Shown: positions 1 to 10,231, counted from the stretch's first letter. The stretch is 64,000 bases of DNA from Hyphomonas sp. (GCA_016124495.1 WGNP01000014.1:36442-100441), one strand, 5' to 3'. Numbers and translations: made by a program. Notes: a model not told the origin generated them from the letters alone.

Positions 1-820
1 AGTCGCCGACATCGAGTTCGTTGAAGAATAGCGAATGCGCCGCCACCGTGGTGAACACTTTCGCGCCGCGCCCGCGCGCCACATCGACGATGTCGAGCGT
101 GCGCTGCGAGGTCACCTGGTCGAGGATCAGCGTGCAGCCCGTCTGCTCCGCCAGCACCACATCCCGCGCTGCGCCGAGCCATTCGGCCTCGATGGGAATG
201 CCCGACAGCCCGTGGCGCGCTGCAAACTCACCGGAATTCATCACGCCGCTGCCCGCGAGCGAGCGATCATCGGGGCGCGACATCACAATGGCGCCCCGGC
301 TCGCCGCATAGGTCATCACGCGCTTCATCACCTGCGCGCTTGCCACCGGCCAGTCGCCATTGGTGAAGAGGACCGCGCCCGCTTCCGCCATCAATCCGAT
401 CTCGGACATCGCCTCGCCGGCAAGGCCTAAAGTCAGCCCGCCCGCCGGATATACCCGCGCAAAGGCCGTCTCGCGCCCGCGCTCGGTAATGAACTGCACC
501 AGCGCCACATCGTCGATGACCGGCCGCGTATCCGGCATCACGACAAGGCTCGTGATCCCGCCGCTAAGCGCCGCGCGCGATGCCGTCGCCAGCGTTTCCT
601 TGTGCTCCTCGCCCGGCTCACCCGTCTTGGCACGCAGGTCGATCAGACCGGGGGCAAGGCATAGCCCGCCCGCGTCAATCGTCTCCCTGGCGTCCTTGAA
701 GAATACTCCTGTCCCTGTGCGGAATTCCTTGATCACGCCCTTGTCGACCAACACGCCGCCGATGGCGTCCGTACCCGTCGCCGGGTCCAGCAAGCGCGCA
801 TTGAGGATCTGCAGGCTCAT
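1..820 (-). CDS. pyrC: Dihydroorotase-family protein, probably non-catalytic PyrC'-type; truncated by window start
   Basis: Hand translation from ATG at 820: [13 protein letters not shown]...[46 protein letters not shown]; overlaps the pyrB stop. Not in the ORF track because it runs off the window. Confidence 0.85.
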   Translation of the reverse strand, partial: MSLQILNARLLDPATGTDAIGGVLVDKGVIKEFRTGTGVFFKDARETIDAGGLCLAPGLIDLRAKTGEPGEEHKETLATASRAALSGGITSLVVMPDTRPVIDDVALVQFITERGRETAFARVYPAGGLTLGLAGEAMSEIGLMAEAGAVLFTNGDWPVASAQVMKRVMTYAASRGAIVMSRPDDRSLAGSGVMNSGEFAARHGLSGIPIEAEWLGAARDVVLAEQTGCTLILDQVTSQRTLDIVDVARGRGAKVFTTVAAHSLFFNELDVGD

Positions 821-1764
821 GCGCGGCCTCCCGCCAGGAGGTGCAGCACCGCCTCACGCACCGCAACACCCATCTCCACCTGCTGCGTGATCACTGAGCG
901 CTCCCCGTCTGCAATCGAGCTCTCGATCTCGACGCCCCGGTTCATAGGCCCTGGGTGCATCACGATGGCATCTTCCCTGGCCAGCGCCAGCCGGTCCGCC
1001 GTCAGGCCGAAATACCGGAAATACTCGCGCTGGCTCGGCAGCAGGCTGCCATTCATCCGCTCCAGCTGCAGGCGCAGCATCATCACGATATCGGCGCCGG
1101 GCAGGGCGCGGTCAAAGTCTGTCCCCGCACTTTCGGCGCCCCATGTGTCCGTACCCGGAGGGATCAGTGTCCTTGGCCCGCACAGGTGCACACGCGCGCC
1201 CATCAGGTGCAGCGCCATCGTCGTCGAGCGCGCCACGCGGCTATGCGCAATGTCGCCGCAGATCACGACCTTCAGCCCCTCGATGCGCCCCTTAGTGCGC
1301 CGGATGGTCAGGAGGTCCAGCAGCGCCTGTGTCGGGTGCTCATGCGTGCCGTCGCCGGCATTGATCACCGCGCAATCCACTTTCCGCGACAACAGCTTCG
1401 CCCCGCCGGACGCCGAATGCCGGATCACCAGCGCGTCCGGCTTCATCGCGTTCAGCGTCATTGCCGTGTCGATCAGCGTTTCGCCTTTCTTCACGCTTGA
1501 CTGCGCCACTGGCATCGAAATCACGTCCGCGCCGAGCCGCCGCGCGGCAATCTCGAAGCTCGACAGCGTCCGCGTGGAGTTCTCGAAAAACAGGTTAACC
1601 ACGGTCCGCCCCTTCAGGATCGGATCGGGGCGCTGGCCGGCGCGCGTTGCGTCGGCATAGGTGTCGGCTAGGTCTAAAATATGTCTAATATCAAGGGGGT
1701 GAAGGCCTTCTATTCCGAGCAGGTGATCATGCCGGAAGGTGTAGTCTGCGTGCGCCGCTGCCAT
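817..1764 (-). CDS. pyrB: Aspartate carbamoyltransferase catalytic subunit
   Basis: [16 protein letters not shown] and [11 protein letters not shown] motifs; start taken at MAAAH (1764). Confidence 0.97.
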   Translation of the reverse strand: MAAAHADYTFRHDHLLGIEGLHPLDIRHILDLADTYADATRAGQRPDPILKGRTVVNLFFENSTRTLSSFEIAARRLGADVISMPVAQSSVKKGETLIDTAMTLNAMKPDALVIRHSASGGAKLLSRKVDCAVINAGDGTHEHPTQALLDLLTIRRTKGRIEGLKVVICGDIAHSRVARSTTMALHLMGARVHLCGPRTLIPPGTDTWGAESAGTDFDRALPGADIVMMLRLQLERMNGSLLPSQREYFRYFGLTADRLALAREDAIVMHPGPMNRGVEIESSIADGERSVITQQVEMGVAVREAVLHLLAGGRA

Positions 1765-1819
1765 GAAGGCCCCTTCGATTTGCGGCGGTTTAGGCGCGAT
1801 TCCGGCGCCGGGCAAGCCT

Positions 1820-2746
1820 TCAAACCGCCCCCAGTCCCAGGATCACCAGCCAGGTCAGTGGCAGGGTCAGCGCCGCCAGCAGCGTCTGCGCGGCAATGAA
1901 GTTCGCCGCCAGCGTTGTGTTCCCGCCCAGCTCCCGCGCCAGCACATAGGAGTTCGGCGCCGTCGGCGTCGCCGCGCAGATCAGCGCGATCGCCAGCGGC
2001 AATCCGCTGAGGCCGATCGCAAGGCCCACCGCCAGCGTCAGCGCCGGCAGCCCGATCAGCCGTACGGCCGTCCAGGTAAACGTCCTCAGCCCCGCCCGTT
2101 TCAGAGCGCCAAGATCCACGCCCGCGCCGGCACTCAGCAGTCCCAGCGCAATCGCGGCGTTCGCCAGCATCTTCAGCGTCTCGTCGGCAATCACCGGCAG
2201 GCGCACATGGAAACTCGCAAGGCCGATCCCGATCAGGCAGGCATAGATCAGCGGATTGCGTGTCAGCGCCAGCAGCGGCCGGGGCCGCTCCCCCGGCGGC
2301 CGGTCGGCATGGCTGACCAGTGCGTACACGGAGATGACATTGGCAACCGGGATCATAGCCGCCGCCGCAAGGCTGACCAGCGCCAGCCCCTCATCGCCGA
2401 ACAGCAGCCCGCCCAGAGATAGCCCGATGATCGTGTTCCAGCGCACGTTTGACTGAACAATAGTGCCGATTTCAGGCCGCGTCATGCCCGGCCAGGCGTG
2501 CGCGAGGAGCCCAAACGCCCCCAGCAACACCTGCGCAGCCATCAGTGCTGCAATCATCAGCCACGGCGCGCCATCGAACTCCGCATTCGCCAGTGCACGG
2601 ATGATAAGCGCCGGCAGCAGCACGAGGAATGACAGCCGGTCCAGCGCCCGGAACGCCTCCGCTTGTACCAATCCCCGCCGCACCAGGAACTGCCCCAGCG
2701 CCACGATCAGGATGACCGGCACCAGCGCCGTGAAGAAAGCGCTCAT
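1820..2746 (-). CDS. AEC (auxin efflux carrier) family transporter
   Basis: 308 aa polytopic membrane protein with [21 protein letters not shown] and [15 protein letters not shown] motifs. Confidence 0.85.
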   Translation of the reverse strand: MSAFFTALVPVILIVALGQFLVRRGLVQAEAFRALDRLSFLVLLPALIIRALANAEFDGAPWLMIAALMAAQVLLGAFGLLAHAWPGMTRPEIGTIVQSNVRWNTIIGLSLGGLLFGDEGLALVSLAAAAMIPVANVISVYALVSHADRPPGERPRPLLALTRNPLIYACLIGIGLASFHVRLPVIADETLKMLANAAIALGLLSAGAGVDLGALKRAGLRTFTWTAVRLIGLPALTLAVGLAIGLSGLPLAIALICAATPTAPNSYVLARELGGNTTLAANFIAAQTLLAALTLPLTWLVILGLGAV

Positions 2747-3198
2747 GCGCCTTTCCCCAGCCGCTCCAGCGCTGCATGCAGGATCATCGCCGCAGCCATC
2801 GCGTCCACCCGGTCGGCCCGGCGTCGTTCGGTAAACGACAGCTCCCGCATGATCTCATCGGCTGCCATGGTCGAATACCGCTCGTCCTGATACGCCACCG
2901 GAATGTCGCGCACTTTGAGCAGGTTCGACACCAGCGTGCGTACCGATTGCACGCGCGGCCCCTGCGTCCCGTCGGTGTTCAGTGGCAGCCCGGCCACCAG
3001 CCCCACGCCATTGCGGTCGTCATACACTTCGAAAAAGCGCGCCAGCGCCGGCGCCAGTTTCAGCTTCGGGATCGTCTCCACCGGGCTCGCCAGGATGCGG
3101 CTTGCATCGGTTGCCGCAACGCCCAGCGTCTTCGTACCCGGGTCCAGGCCGATCAGGACGCCCTTCGCGGGCAGGTCGAACAGGTCAACAACAGGCAT
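2743..3198 (-). CDS. ruvX: RuvX/YqgF resolvase-like pre-16S rRNA nuclease
   Basis: [35 protein letters not shown]; 4-nt overlap with the AEC gene. Confidence 0.93.
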   Translation of the reverse strand: MPVVDLFDLPAKGVLIGLDPGTKTLGVAATDASRILASPVETIPKLKLAPALARFFEVYDDRNGVGLVAGLPLNTDGTQGPRVQSVRTLVSNLLKVRDIPVAYQDERYSTMAADEIMRELSFTERRRADRVDAMAAAMILHAALERLGKGA

Positions 3199-3268
3199 CC
3201 CCGGGCACATACGACCTTGAAGCGGCTTTGCCTATGGCGTAATCGGTCGGCGCCACTGGAGCACCGCC

Positions 3269-3556
3269 ATGACCGTTACCCGCGACGACGTCCGCAAGGT
3301 TGCCCGCCTGTCCCGCATCGCGGTGCCGGAGGAGCGCCTTGACGAACTCGCCGGCGAGCTGAACGGCATCCTTGGCTGGATCGACCAGCTGAACGAAGTG
3401 GATGTCGACGGCGTCGAGCCGCTGACCTGCGTGGTCGGGACCACCCTTCCGATGCGCGACGATGTCGTCACCGACGGCGACATCCAGGACCAGGTCCTCG
3501 CCAATGCCCCACGCACCGAACACGGCTTCTTCGTCGTGCCCAAGGCCGTCGAGTAA
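3269..3556 (+). CDS. gatC: Asp/Glu-tRNA amidotransferase subunit C
   Basis: VRKVARLSRI...MRDDVVTDG...NAP...FFVVPKAVE. Confidence 0.96.
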   Translation: MTVTRDDVRKVARLSRIAVPEERLDELAGELNGILGWIDQLNEVDVDGVEPLTCVVGTTLPMRDDVVTDGDIQDQVLANAPRTEHGFFVVPKAVE

Positions 3557-3636
3557 CGGCCTTACATTATCCTCCGAAGCGCTTTAGGTTTCTGGCAAGG
3601 GTCTATTCCGGCCCCGGTCTCTGAAAGAGCGCACCA

Positions 3637-3765
3637 ATGGCCAAGGGTCAGAAGAAGTCCAACAAGGAAGTCCGCAAACCGAAGGCCGACAAGGTCAAAC
3701 CAAAACTCGGCGCCCCCGTCGCCAGGCCCGGCGACCTCAAGGGCATGGAACACCTGAAACGCTAG
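3637..3765 (+). CDS. Small Lys-rich basic protein (42 aa)
   Basis: Hand translation MAKGQKKSNKEVRKPKADKVKPKLGAPVARPGDLKGMEHLKR*; host-like codons (AAG, GTC, GGC); below the ORF-track length cutoff. Confidence 0.6.
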   Translation: MAKGQKKSNKEVRKPKADKVKPKLGAPVARPGDLKGMEHLKR

Positions 3766-4006
3766 GTTTCGGGCTTACCTGACTGGCGACAGTCTGGATT
3801 CGCTGATTCCGGTCACTGATGCTGTGCCATCGCACAAGAGCTCCCAGGACGCGTAGCTTCCATTGTCCTGCGACCGGTATCTGTTCCGGCGGACCGGGCC
3901 ACCTGCGTCCAGGCGCCGATCCGGCGCTAAGGCTTCTTATTGACGTGCTGCCGGCCAGTTCGAGAAAGATTGTCCGCGGAAGGATCGCAGAGCGGCTCCA
4001 GGGACC

Positions 4007-5287
4007 TCAGGCGTGCGCCGCCCGGCTCTTCATCATTGCGCTGACGACCGGATGGGGTTTCAGCGTTGCGCGGACTGCGGCGAGATCGGCGAAGGCGGCG
4101 CCGGCTGCGGTGAGCGCAAATTCAATGTCATCCTCTGACATGGCCGCGCACAGGAACATATTGTGCCAGGGATGCATGTAGATGCCGCGTGCGAGCATGT
4201 TTTCTGCAAACCCGAAACCGAGCCGCAGGTCCGGATCGTCAGTAAACAGGATCTGCGGCATCTGCGCCGGGCCGGTCTGACGCAAGCTGAAACCCTGCGC
4301 GCCTGCCTGGGCTGCCAGGCCGCTGCGCAAGCGCTCGCCAAGACGGGCCATGTGTTCGAGATAGTCGGTTTCACGAAGTATTTTCAGTGTCTCAAGTGCG
4401 GCCGCCATCGGCACAGCTGAATACCAGAAAGAGCCGGTCATGTAGATCGCGCCCGCGCCGGCGCGGCAACTGTCTGAGCCCAGCAGCGCAGAGATGGGAT
4501 AGCCATTGGCGAATGATTTCCCCCAGCAGCTCAGATCCGGCTCAACCCCTATCGTTGACCAGCTGCAATCGCGGGCGAGCCTGAAGCCGGCGCGCACATC
4601 GTCCACGATCAGCATGGCGCCTTTGGCGTCACAGATAGCGCGTGCCCGTCTGGCATAGTCAGGGTCAGCAAGCGCCTGATCCTGGAAAGCGTCATGCTTG
4701 AACGGCGTTGCGAAGATACCGGCGAGATCATCGCCCGCCATTGCCGCTGCCGCTTCAAGGCTTTCGATATCATTATACACATAACTGATCAGGTGCGCCC
4801 GGTCTTCGGCAAGCGTACCGGCGGGGACCGGCGTGCACCAGGGCGCGGAACCATGATAGGCGCCTGCCGCGACCAGGATCTTCCGCCGCCTGGTTTCTGC
4901 ACGCGCAACAGTCATCGCCATGGTCGTTGCGTCGGTTCCGTTCTTGCAGAAAATCGCCCAATCGGCATGGGAGATCATCGCGACCAGGGTTTCGGCAAGG
5001 TCCACAATCAATGGCGATGGCCCGGTCATCGTGTCGCCAAGTGCCATCTGTCTGGCGACGGCTGCTTCGACACGGGGCTCACGGTATCCGAGCAGGTTAG
5101 GCCCATAAGCGCACATCAGATCGAGGTAACGCGTGTTGTCGCTGTCCCAGAGGTAGGCGCCGTCAGCGCGGTTGAAGAATTGCGGAAAACTCTCCGGGAG
5201 CAACCGCACGGACTGATGGCCATACATGCCATTCGGGATGACCTTTCCCGCCCGCGCCTTCAGTATCTGCTCCGTCCTGCGCACCAT
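4007..5287 (-). CDS. Class III PLP aminotransferase (glutamate-1-semialdehyde aminomutase-like)
   Basis: GAYLWDSDNTRYLDLMCAYG, KNGTDAT, LIVDDVRAGFR and PLP-lysine WGKSFANGYP. Confidence 0.88.
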   Translation of the reverse strand: MVRRTEQILKARAGKVIPNGMYGHQSVRLLPESFPQFFNRADGAYLWDSDNTRYLDLMCAYGPNLLGYREPRVEAAVARQMALGDTMTGPSPLIVDLAETLVAMISHADWAIFCKNGTDATTMAMTVARAETRRRKILVAAGAYHGSAPWCTPVPAGTLAEDRAHLISYVYNDIESLEAAAAMAGDDLAGIFATPFKHDAFQDQALADPDYARRARAICDAKGAMLIVDDVRAGFRLARDCSWSTIGVEPDLSCWGKSFANGYPISALLGSDSCRAGAGAIYMTGSFWYSAVPMAAALETLKILRETDYLEHMARLGERLRSGLAAQAGAQGFSLRQTGPAQMPQILFTDDPDLRLGFGFAENMLARGIYMHPWHNMFLCAAMSEDDIEFALTAAGAAFADLAAVRATLKPHPVVSAMMKSRAAHA

Positions 5288-5691
5288 GGATGATCGACCG
5301 TTCCGCCAGTTGAGTATGAGAAATTGATGCAAGCTGCAGGTGTGGAAGTCAAATAGCGGGCCTTCTCAGTGCAAACGGGCTTCAACAAGCCATTCCGGCG
5401 ACGCAGAAAATGGCCAGTCCGAAGCCAGTGCTGCATCCGGACCGTGATGGCGCCGACTGCCATCGCAGGTGACCGGCAGGGTCGATCCAGTTGTGTCGTC
5501 CGGCCGCCTCACCGGTAAAGGCCGGGCATTGCAGGCTCCGGTCGTCAACTTAGTGCCGCAGCACACGCGCTGCTAACGCGACGCCTGTCACTTATCCGGG
5601 GTCCGATACCTGTTCAGATAAACCGGTTCACTTTTTCCTGCGCAGAAAGCGTCGGGCTTTCGAACGCGATGAGCGACGCCAAAGCCCGGGT

Positions 5692-5895
5692 TCATGCACG
5701 TTGCAAGCATGAGGCAACGGGTTCGATCCGTTGGGGCATGCCGGTCCGGCAGCCCTGCATCTGGTCGCAGCCGGACGAGGCAGCCAGCTTTGCTGCTTCA
5801 GCCTGTTTGCTGGCTGCAGCCGCACAGGCAATGCCAGGCTTATGCGCGAGCGATACCCTTGCCCTGGACGACGCTCTGAAGAGGATGAGCACCAT
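5692..5895 (-). pseudogene. Probable eroded C-terminal fragment of an EAL (c-di-GMP phosphodiesterase) domain
   Basis: RARVSLAHKPGIACAA...KLAASSGCDQMQGCRTGMP resembles the EAL C-terminal pattern RAIVSLAHxLG..VVAEGVE....L...GCDxxQGYxxGxP, but the key EGVE is lost. Confidence 0.4.
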
Positions 5896-6072
5896 GTCCG
5901 GTACCGGCCCCCTGATCCAGGCAATCGCACGATGAGGCCAAGCCACCGGCGACAAATCACAAGGCACCACAAGGCAGCCTGTTTTTTTTTAAACAGCCTC
6001 TGCCAATCTCTGCGGTTGCTATCTGACCCACCCGGGGCCTGTTCACTCCAGCAACTTCAGTGATCGGTTAAA

Positions 6073-6105
6073 CGGGCCGGCCGACGAATAAATCCGGCCG
6101 GCCCG
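6073..6105 (-). terminator. Probable intrinsic terminator of the MDR oxidoreductase gene
   Basis: Inverted repeat cgggccggccg/cggccggcccg, followed on the minus strand by TTTAA, 18 nt past the stop. Confidence 0.5.
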
Positions 6106-6123
6106 GGTCTTTCAGCGCCCTGC

Positions 6124-7263
6124 TTACTTCGCCGGATTGATCAGGTACTTCTCGCCCGTCGCCTTGGCGTTGTAGGCCTGCAGCGTCGTCAGATCGAGCG
6201 CCTGCGCCAGCGAGATCTCCGCTGTGTAGTGGCTCGCAAACGTCGTCGTCAGCTCATCCACCACGCGCTGGCGCATCTTCGCGCGAACCTCGGGCCCGAC
6301 CTTCTGCAGGAACGGCGTCAGCAGGTAGCCGCCAAGGTTCCACGCAAAGCCCACGCCGGGCGGCACCTGCGTATGCGACATGTCAAGCCTGCCGTAGATA
6401 TAGACCTGCGTTTCCTGGCCTGATCCATAGCGGCTGAACTCTTTCATGTTGCGGCTCGCCGCCGCTTCCATCGCCACCAGCAACTGCCCGGCCAGCGGCC
6501 CGCCGCCGATCGCGTCAAAGCCGAGCGTGGTCTTCGTCTCCGCCAGCGCCGTGATCAGCTCTTCCATGAAGTTGGGCGACGAGGAATCGACGATGTATTT
6601 TGCGCCGAGGCCCTTCAGGAGGTCCGCCTGCGCCTTCGACCGCACGATGTTGACCAGCGGCACGTTGTCCTTCTGGCAGATCTTCACCAGCATCTGCCCG
6701 AGATTCGAGGCCGCTGCCGTGTGCACGATACCGGTGCGGCCCTGCATCCGCATAGTCTCCACGAAGGAGAGCGCCGTCAGCGGGTTGACGAAGCAGGACG
6801 CGCCATCCTTCGCCGAAGTGCCATCCGGCAGCGGCAGGCACTGCGCGACGTTCAGCATCCGGTATTGCGAATACATCTCGCCGCCGAGGCCCGCGACCAT
6901 CTTTCCAAGCAAAGCCTGCGCCGCCGGTGAGGCTCCTGCCTTCACAACGACGCCTGCGCCTTCGTTGCCGACCGGCATCGACTGGTCCATCCGCGCCGCC
7001 ATCGCCCGCATCGCGGGGGCAGGGACCTTCGCGGTGATCACCGGACGATCCTTGGTGCCTGACTGGACGGCCGAGCCTATATCCGCCCCGCCGACCAGCA
7101 AGCCGAGGTCGGACGGGTTGATCGGCGTCGCCTCGACCCGGATCACCACATCATCCGGGCCGGGCTCCGGTACGGCCACTTCGGCCAATGAAATCTCGAG
7201 TTCGCCCGAAGCCTTAAGATGGCTACGCAGCTGGAGCGCGGTCTTGGGAACCGTGTTGGTCAT
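6124..7263 (-). CDS. MDR-superfamily (zinc-binding dehydrogenase-like) NAD(P)H oxidoreductase
   Basis: VEATPINPSDLG, GNEGAG, VHTAAASNLG, GFDAIGGG; no structural-Zn cysteine cluster. Confidence 0.85.
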   Translation of the reverse strand: MTNTVPKTALQLRSHLKASGELEISLAEVAVPEPGPDDVVIRVEATPINPSDLGLLVGGADIGSAVQSGTKDRPVITAKVPAPAMRAMAARMDQSMPVGNEGAGVVVKAGASPAAQALLGKMVAGLGGEMYSQYRMLNVAQCLPLPDGTSAKDGASCFVNPLTALSFVETMRMQGRTGIVHTAAASNLGQMLVKICQKDNVPLVNIVRSKAQADLLKGLGAKYIVDSSSPNFMEELITALAETKTTLGFDAIGGGPLAGQLLVAMEAAASRNMKEFSRYGSGQETQVYIYGRLDMSHTQVPPGVGFAWNLGGYLLTPFLQKVGPEVRAKMRQRVVDELTTTFASHYTAEISLAQALDLTTLQAYNAKATGEKYLINPAK

Positions 7264-7292
7264 GTCTTGTCCTCCCGGAACAGGTTGCGGCG

Positions 7293-7676
7293 CTAAAGCG
7301 CTTCTTCGGCGAAGTCCTGATAGTCGATCAGAATTTCGGCGTCCGATGCGATATCGGTCAGCGCTGTCAGGGTGACGGTTTGCGCGTCCGCGTCAACCTC
7401 AAACCCCGCATTCGCGGACGGGCTGTGATTGCACATCGAGATTTCCCCAAAGGCAACGGCGCAGCGCACCGCGCCGTCGGCCGTCTCGTCGATATAAAAC
7501 ACGTAATGATAGAGCCGCGTGGATTTGAGCGTTTCGGTGTCGGCGTGCGACAGGATCAGCAGCGGATAGACGCCGATCTGCGCGCCTTGGGCAATCTGGC
7601 CCGAAGCAAACAATCCGCGTCCATGCAGGGGCGAGGTGCGAACCTCGGCGCGGCCCCCTTCGTTTCGTGCCAGCAT
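7293..7676 (-). CDS. SET-domain protein-lysine methyltransferase
   Basis: SPLHGRGLFA, MCNHSPSAN and EILIDY SET motifs. Confidence 0.88.
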   Translation of the reverse strand: MLARNEGGRAEVRTSPLHGRGLFASGQIAQGAQIGVYPLLILSHADTETLKSTRLYHYVFYIDETADGAVRCAVAFGEISMCNHSPSANAGFEVDADAQTVTLTALTDIASDAEILIDYQDFAEEAL

Positions 7677-7716
7677 GAGGCGTGTGTAGCATGCGCCCGA
7701 GCGCGTGCCAGCCGGG

Positions 7717-8145
7717 TCAGGCCGGATTTTCTCCTGCTGTCTCGGCCGGTTTACCGGCCTTCGGATTCCACTCGCGGATCTCCCGGATCAGGCAGCGGTT
7801 GGAGCCGAACGAGTCGCCCAGCGTGCGTGCCACGATGATGGAATCGCCTGGCGTCAGGCAGCCGCCATGAGAGTCCACCGCAATGGCTTCGGCGATTTCG
7901 AGGTCCGTGCAGCCCGCCGTCACCTCGACCATGTACTGGTCGCGCCCCTCCTGCAGCACCACCGTTTCGCGCTCGTTCAGGCTGAACCCGTCGATGTTGG
8001 ACACAAAGCAGACGCTCCGCGTCTCCGGGCCCAGGCGTGGATCACCGGCGTATTTTTCCAGCCCGCGCAGCCGGGGTTCGCCCGGGGCGGTGGAGCAGGC
8101 GACGAGCGCGGTCGCGGCCAGAACGGCCAGGCTGATGCGTTTCAT
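7717..8145 (-). CDS. Lipoprotein, DUF6491-like
   Basis: Signal peptide with lipobox ALVAC; VCFVSNIDGF, YMVEV..GC.DL, GGCLTPGDSI. Confidence 0.65.
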   Translation of the reverse strand: MKRISLAVLAATALVACSTAPGEPRLRGLEKYAGDPRLGPETRSVCFVSNIDGFSLNERETVVLQEGRDQYMVEVTAGCTDLEIAEAIAVDSHGGCLTPGDSIIVARTLGDSFGSNRCLIREIREWNPKAGKPAETAGENPA

Positions 8146-8281
8146 GCGGAAATCCTCCAAGGCGATTGAAAACCGTATGACCAGTCTGCGCCCCGATCCG
8201 GGCGGCCGCAATGGGCTCACGAAGACTTGAACTTTTTCCGTCTGGGCCCTAGCAGGCGGGGCTCAACACAGGACATGCCCG

Positions 8282-9754
8282 ATGACCGATCTCACCGCCC
8301 TGACCCTCGCCAAAGCGCTGGACGGCCTGAAATCGAAGCAGTTTTCCTCGGTCGAGCTGACCGAGGCCTTCAATGCGGCCATCGCCGGGGCCCGCGTGCT
8401 GAACGCCTTCGTCGTCGAGACGCCGGAGAAGGCGCTGGAGATGGCAAAGGCCTCCGATGCCCGCCGCGCCAGCGGCAAGGCTGGCAGGCTCGACGGCGCG
8501 CCCCTCGGCATCAAGGACCTCTACTGTACCAAGGGCGTCCGGACGACCGCCTGTTCCGGCATCCTCGGCGATTTCACGCCCACCTACGAATCGACCGTCA
8601 CCCAGAACCTCTGGGACGAAGGCGCCGTCATGCTCGGCAAGCTAAACATGGACGAGTTCGCGATGGGCTCCTCCAACGAGACCTCGCATTTCGGCAATGT
8701 CATCAATCCCTGGCGCCGCAAGGGCGACAACCAGGGCCTCACCCCCGGCGGCTCGTCCGGAGGCTCCGCCTCGTCCGTCGCGGCCAACCTCTGCCTCGCC
8801 GCCACCGCGTCCGACACCGGCGGCTCGATCCGCCAGCCCGCCGCCTTTACCGGCACCGTCGGCATCAAGCCCACCTACGGCCGCGCCAGCCGCTATGGCA
8901 TGGTCGCCTTCGCCTCGTCCCTCGATCAGGCCGGCCCGATCGCCAAGACCGTCGAGGACAGCGCGCTCCTCCTCGAAGTCATGTGCAGCCATGACCCGAA
9001 GGACTCTACCTCCCTGAACATCAAGACGCCCGACTGGCGACAAGATGTCCGCAAGGGCGTCAAGGGTATGAAGATCGGCATCCCGAAGGAATACCGCATC
9101 GACGGCCTCTCCGACGAGATCGACGCCCTCTGGCAGCAGGGCATTAAATGGCTGAAGGAAGCCGGCGCCACCATCGTCGACATCTCCCTTCCGCATACGA
9201 AGTATGCGCTCCCCGCCTATTACATCGTCGCGCCCGCCGAAGCCTCGTCCAACCTCGCCCGCTATGACGGCATGCGCTACGGCGCCCGCGTCGAAGGGGG
9301 CAACCTGACGCAGACCTATGAAGGTACCCGCGCCTCTGGCTTCGGCAAGGAAGTCCAGCGCCGCCTGATGATCGGCACCTATGTTCTCTCGTCGGGTTAT
9401 TATGACGCCTATTACCTGCGCGCGCAGAAGGTCCGTACCAGGATCTTCCAGGATTTCGTCGATGCCTTCGGGCAGTGCGACGCGATCCTGACGCCCGCCT
9501 GCCCATCGCCCGCCTTCGCCTTCGGCGAAAAATCCGGCGACCCCGTCGAGATGTACCTCAACGATGTGTTCACCGTCACGGCAAACCTCGCGGGCCTTCC
9601 CGGCATTGCGGTCCCTGCCGGCCTCTCCGCCAGCGGCCTGCCGCTCGGCCTGCAGGTCATCGGAAAGGCGCTCGACGAGGCCGCCTGCTTCCGCGTCGGC
9701 GGCGCGCTGGAAGATGCAGCGGGCTTTGTGGCCAAGCCGGATCGCTGGTGGTAA
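8282..9754 (+). CDS. gatA: Asp/Glu-tRNA amidotransferase subunit A
   Basis: Amidase signature [19 protein letters not shown]; SSNLARYDG. Confidence 0.98.
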   Translation: MTDLTALTLAKALDGLKSKQFSSVELTEAFNAAIAGARVLNAFVVETPEKALEMAKASDARRASGKAGRLDGAPLGIKDLYCTKGVRTTACSGILGDFTPTYESTVTQNLWDEGAVMLGKLNMDEFAMGSSNETSHFGNVINPWRRKGDNQGLTPGGSSGGSASSVAANLCLAATASDTGGSIRQPAAFTGTVGIKPTYGRASRYGMVAFASSLDQAGPIAKTVEDSALLLEVMCSHDPKDSTSLNIKTPDWRQDVRKGVKGMKIGIPKEYRIDGLSDEIDALWQQGIKWLKEAGATIVDISLPHTKYALPAYYIVAPAEASSNLARYDGMRYGARVEGGNLTQTYEGTRASGFGKEVQRRLMIGTYVLSSGYYDAYYLRAQKVRTRIFQDFVDAFGQCDAILTPACPSPAFAFGEKSGDPVEMYLNDVFTVTANLAGLPGIAVPAGLSASGLPLGLQVIGKALDEAACFRVGGALEDAAGFVAKPDRWW

Positions 9755-9763
9755 ACTGCCCTT

Positions 9764-10231
9764 ATGGTGCGTTTCCTTGCAATCTTCGCGATCACCCTGA
9801 TCCTGAGCACGCTCATGACGAGCGGTATCCTGTCGCGCTATGGCTACAGCCTCGTTGATCCCGAAATGCGTATCATGCTGGGCGTCTGCCTGTTCGTGGC
9901 CGGCTATGTCGCGTGGCGCATCTCCAGTGTACTGAAGGCCCGCGGCCGCAAGCTGTCGGAAATGCCGGCCCCCGGCGGGGCAGGGCAGGGCAAGCTCGCC
10001 GCGCTGTTCGAGCCGCGCAGCAAGGCGCTCGCAGCCCGCCAGGCCGATCTGGAGGCCCGCCGCCGCCGCCTCATCGCCGAAGGCAAGCTGGACGCCGAAG
10101 AAGCGCCCGCGCCCGCCCCGGAACCCGAAGCGACGCCGCCCGCGCTGTCGGCTGCGACCAATGTCAAGGACCGGATGGCCGCCCGCCGCGAACGCGTCCG
10201 CAAGGCCCGCGAAGAAGGCAAGCTGGACTGA
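9764..10231 (+). CDS. Hypothetical membrane protein between gatA and gatB
   Basis: Two N-terminal hydrophobic helices, charged Arg/Glu-rich tail, host-like codon usage, 9 nt after the gatA stop. Confidence 0.7.
   Translation: MVRFLAIFAITLILSTLMTSGILSRYGYSLVDPEMRIMLGVCLFVAGYVAWRISSVLKARGRKLSEMPAPGGAGQGKLAALFEPRSKALAARQADLEARRRRLIAEGKLDAEEAPAPAPEPEATPPALSAATNVKDRMAARRERVRKAREEGKLD

Noticed and set aside
3562-3753. 63-aa minus-strand ORF in the track
   Set aside because: Antisense to the more plausible 42-aa Lys-rich plus-strand ORF
5714-5732. caacggGTTCGATccgttg hairpin resembling a tRNA T-arm
   Set aside because: Stem register does not fit a T-arm, there is no acceptor, D or anticodon arm, and it lies inside the EAL-like remnant
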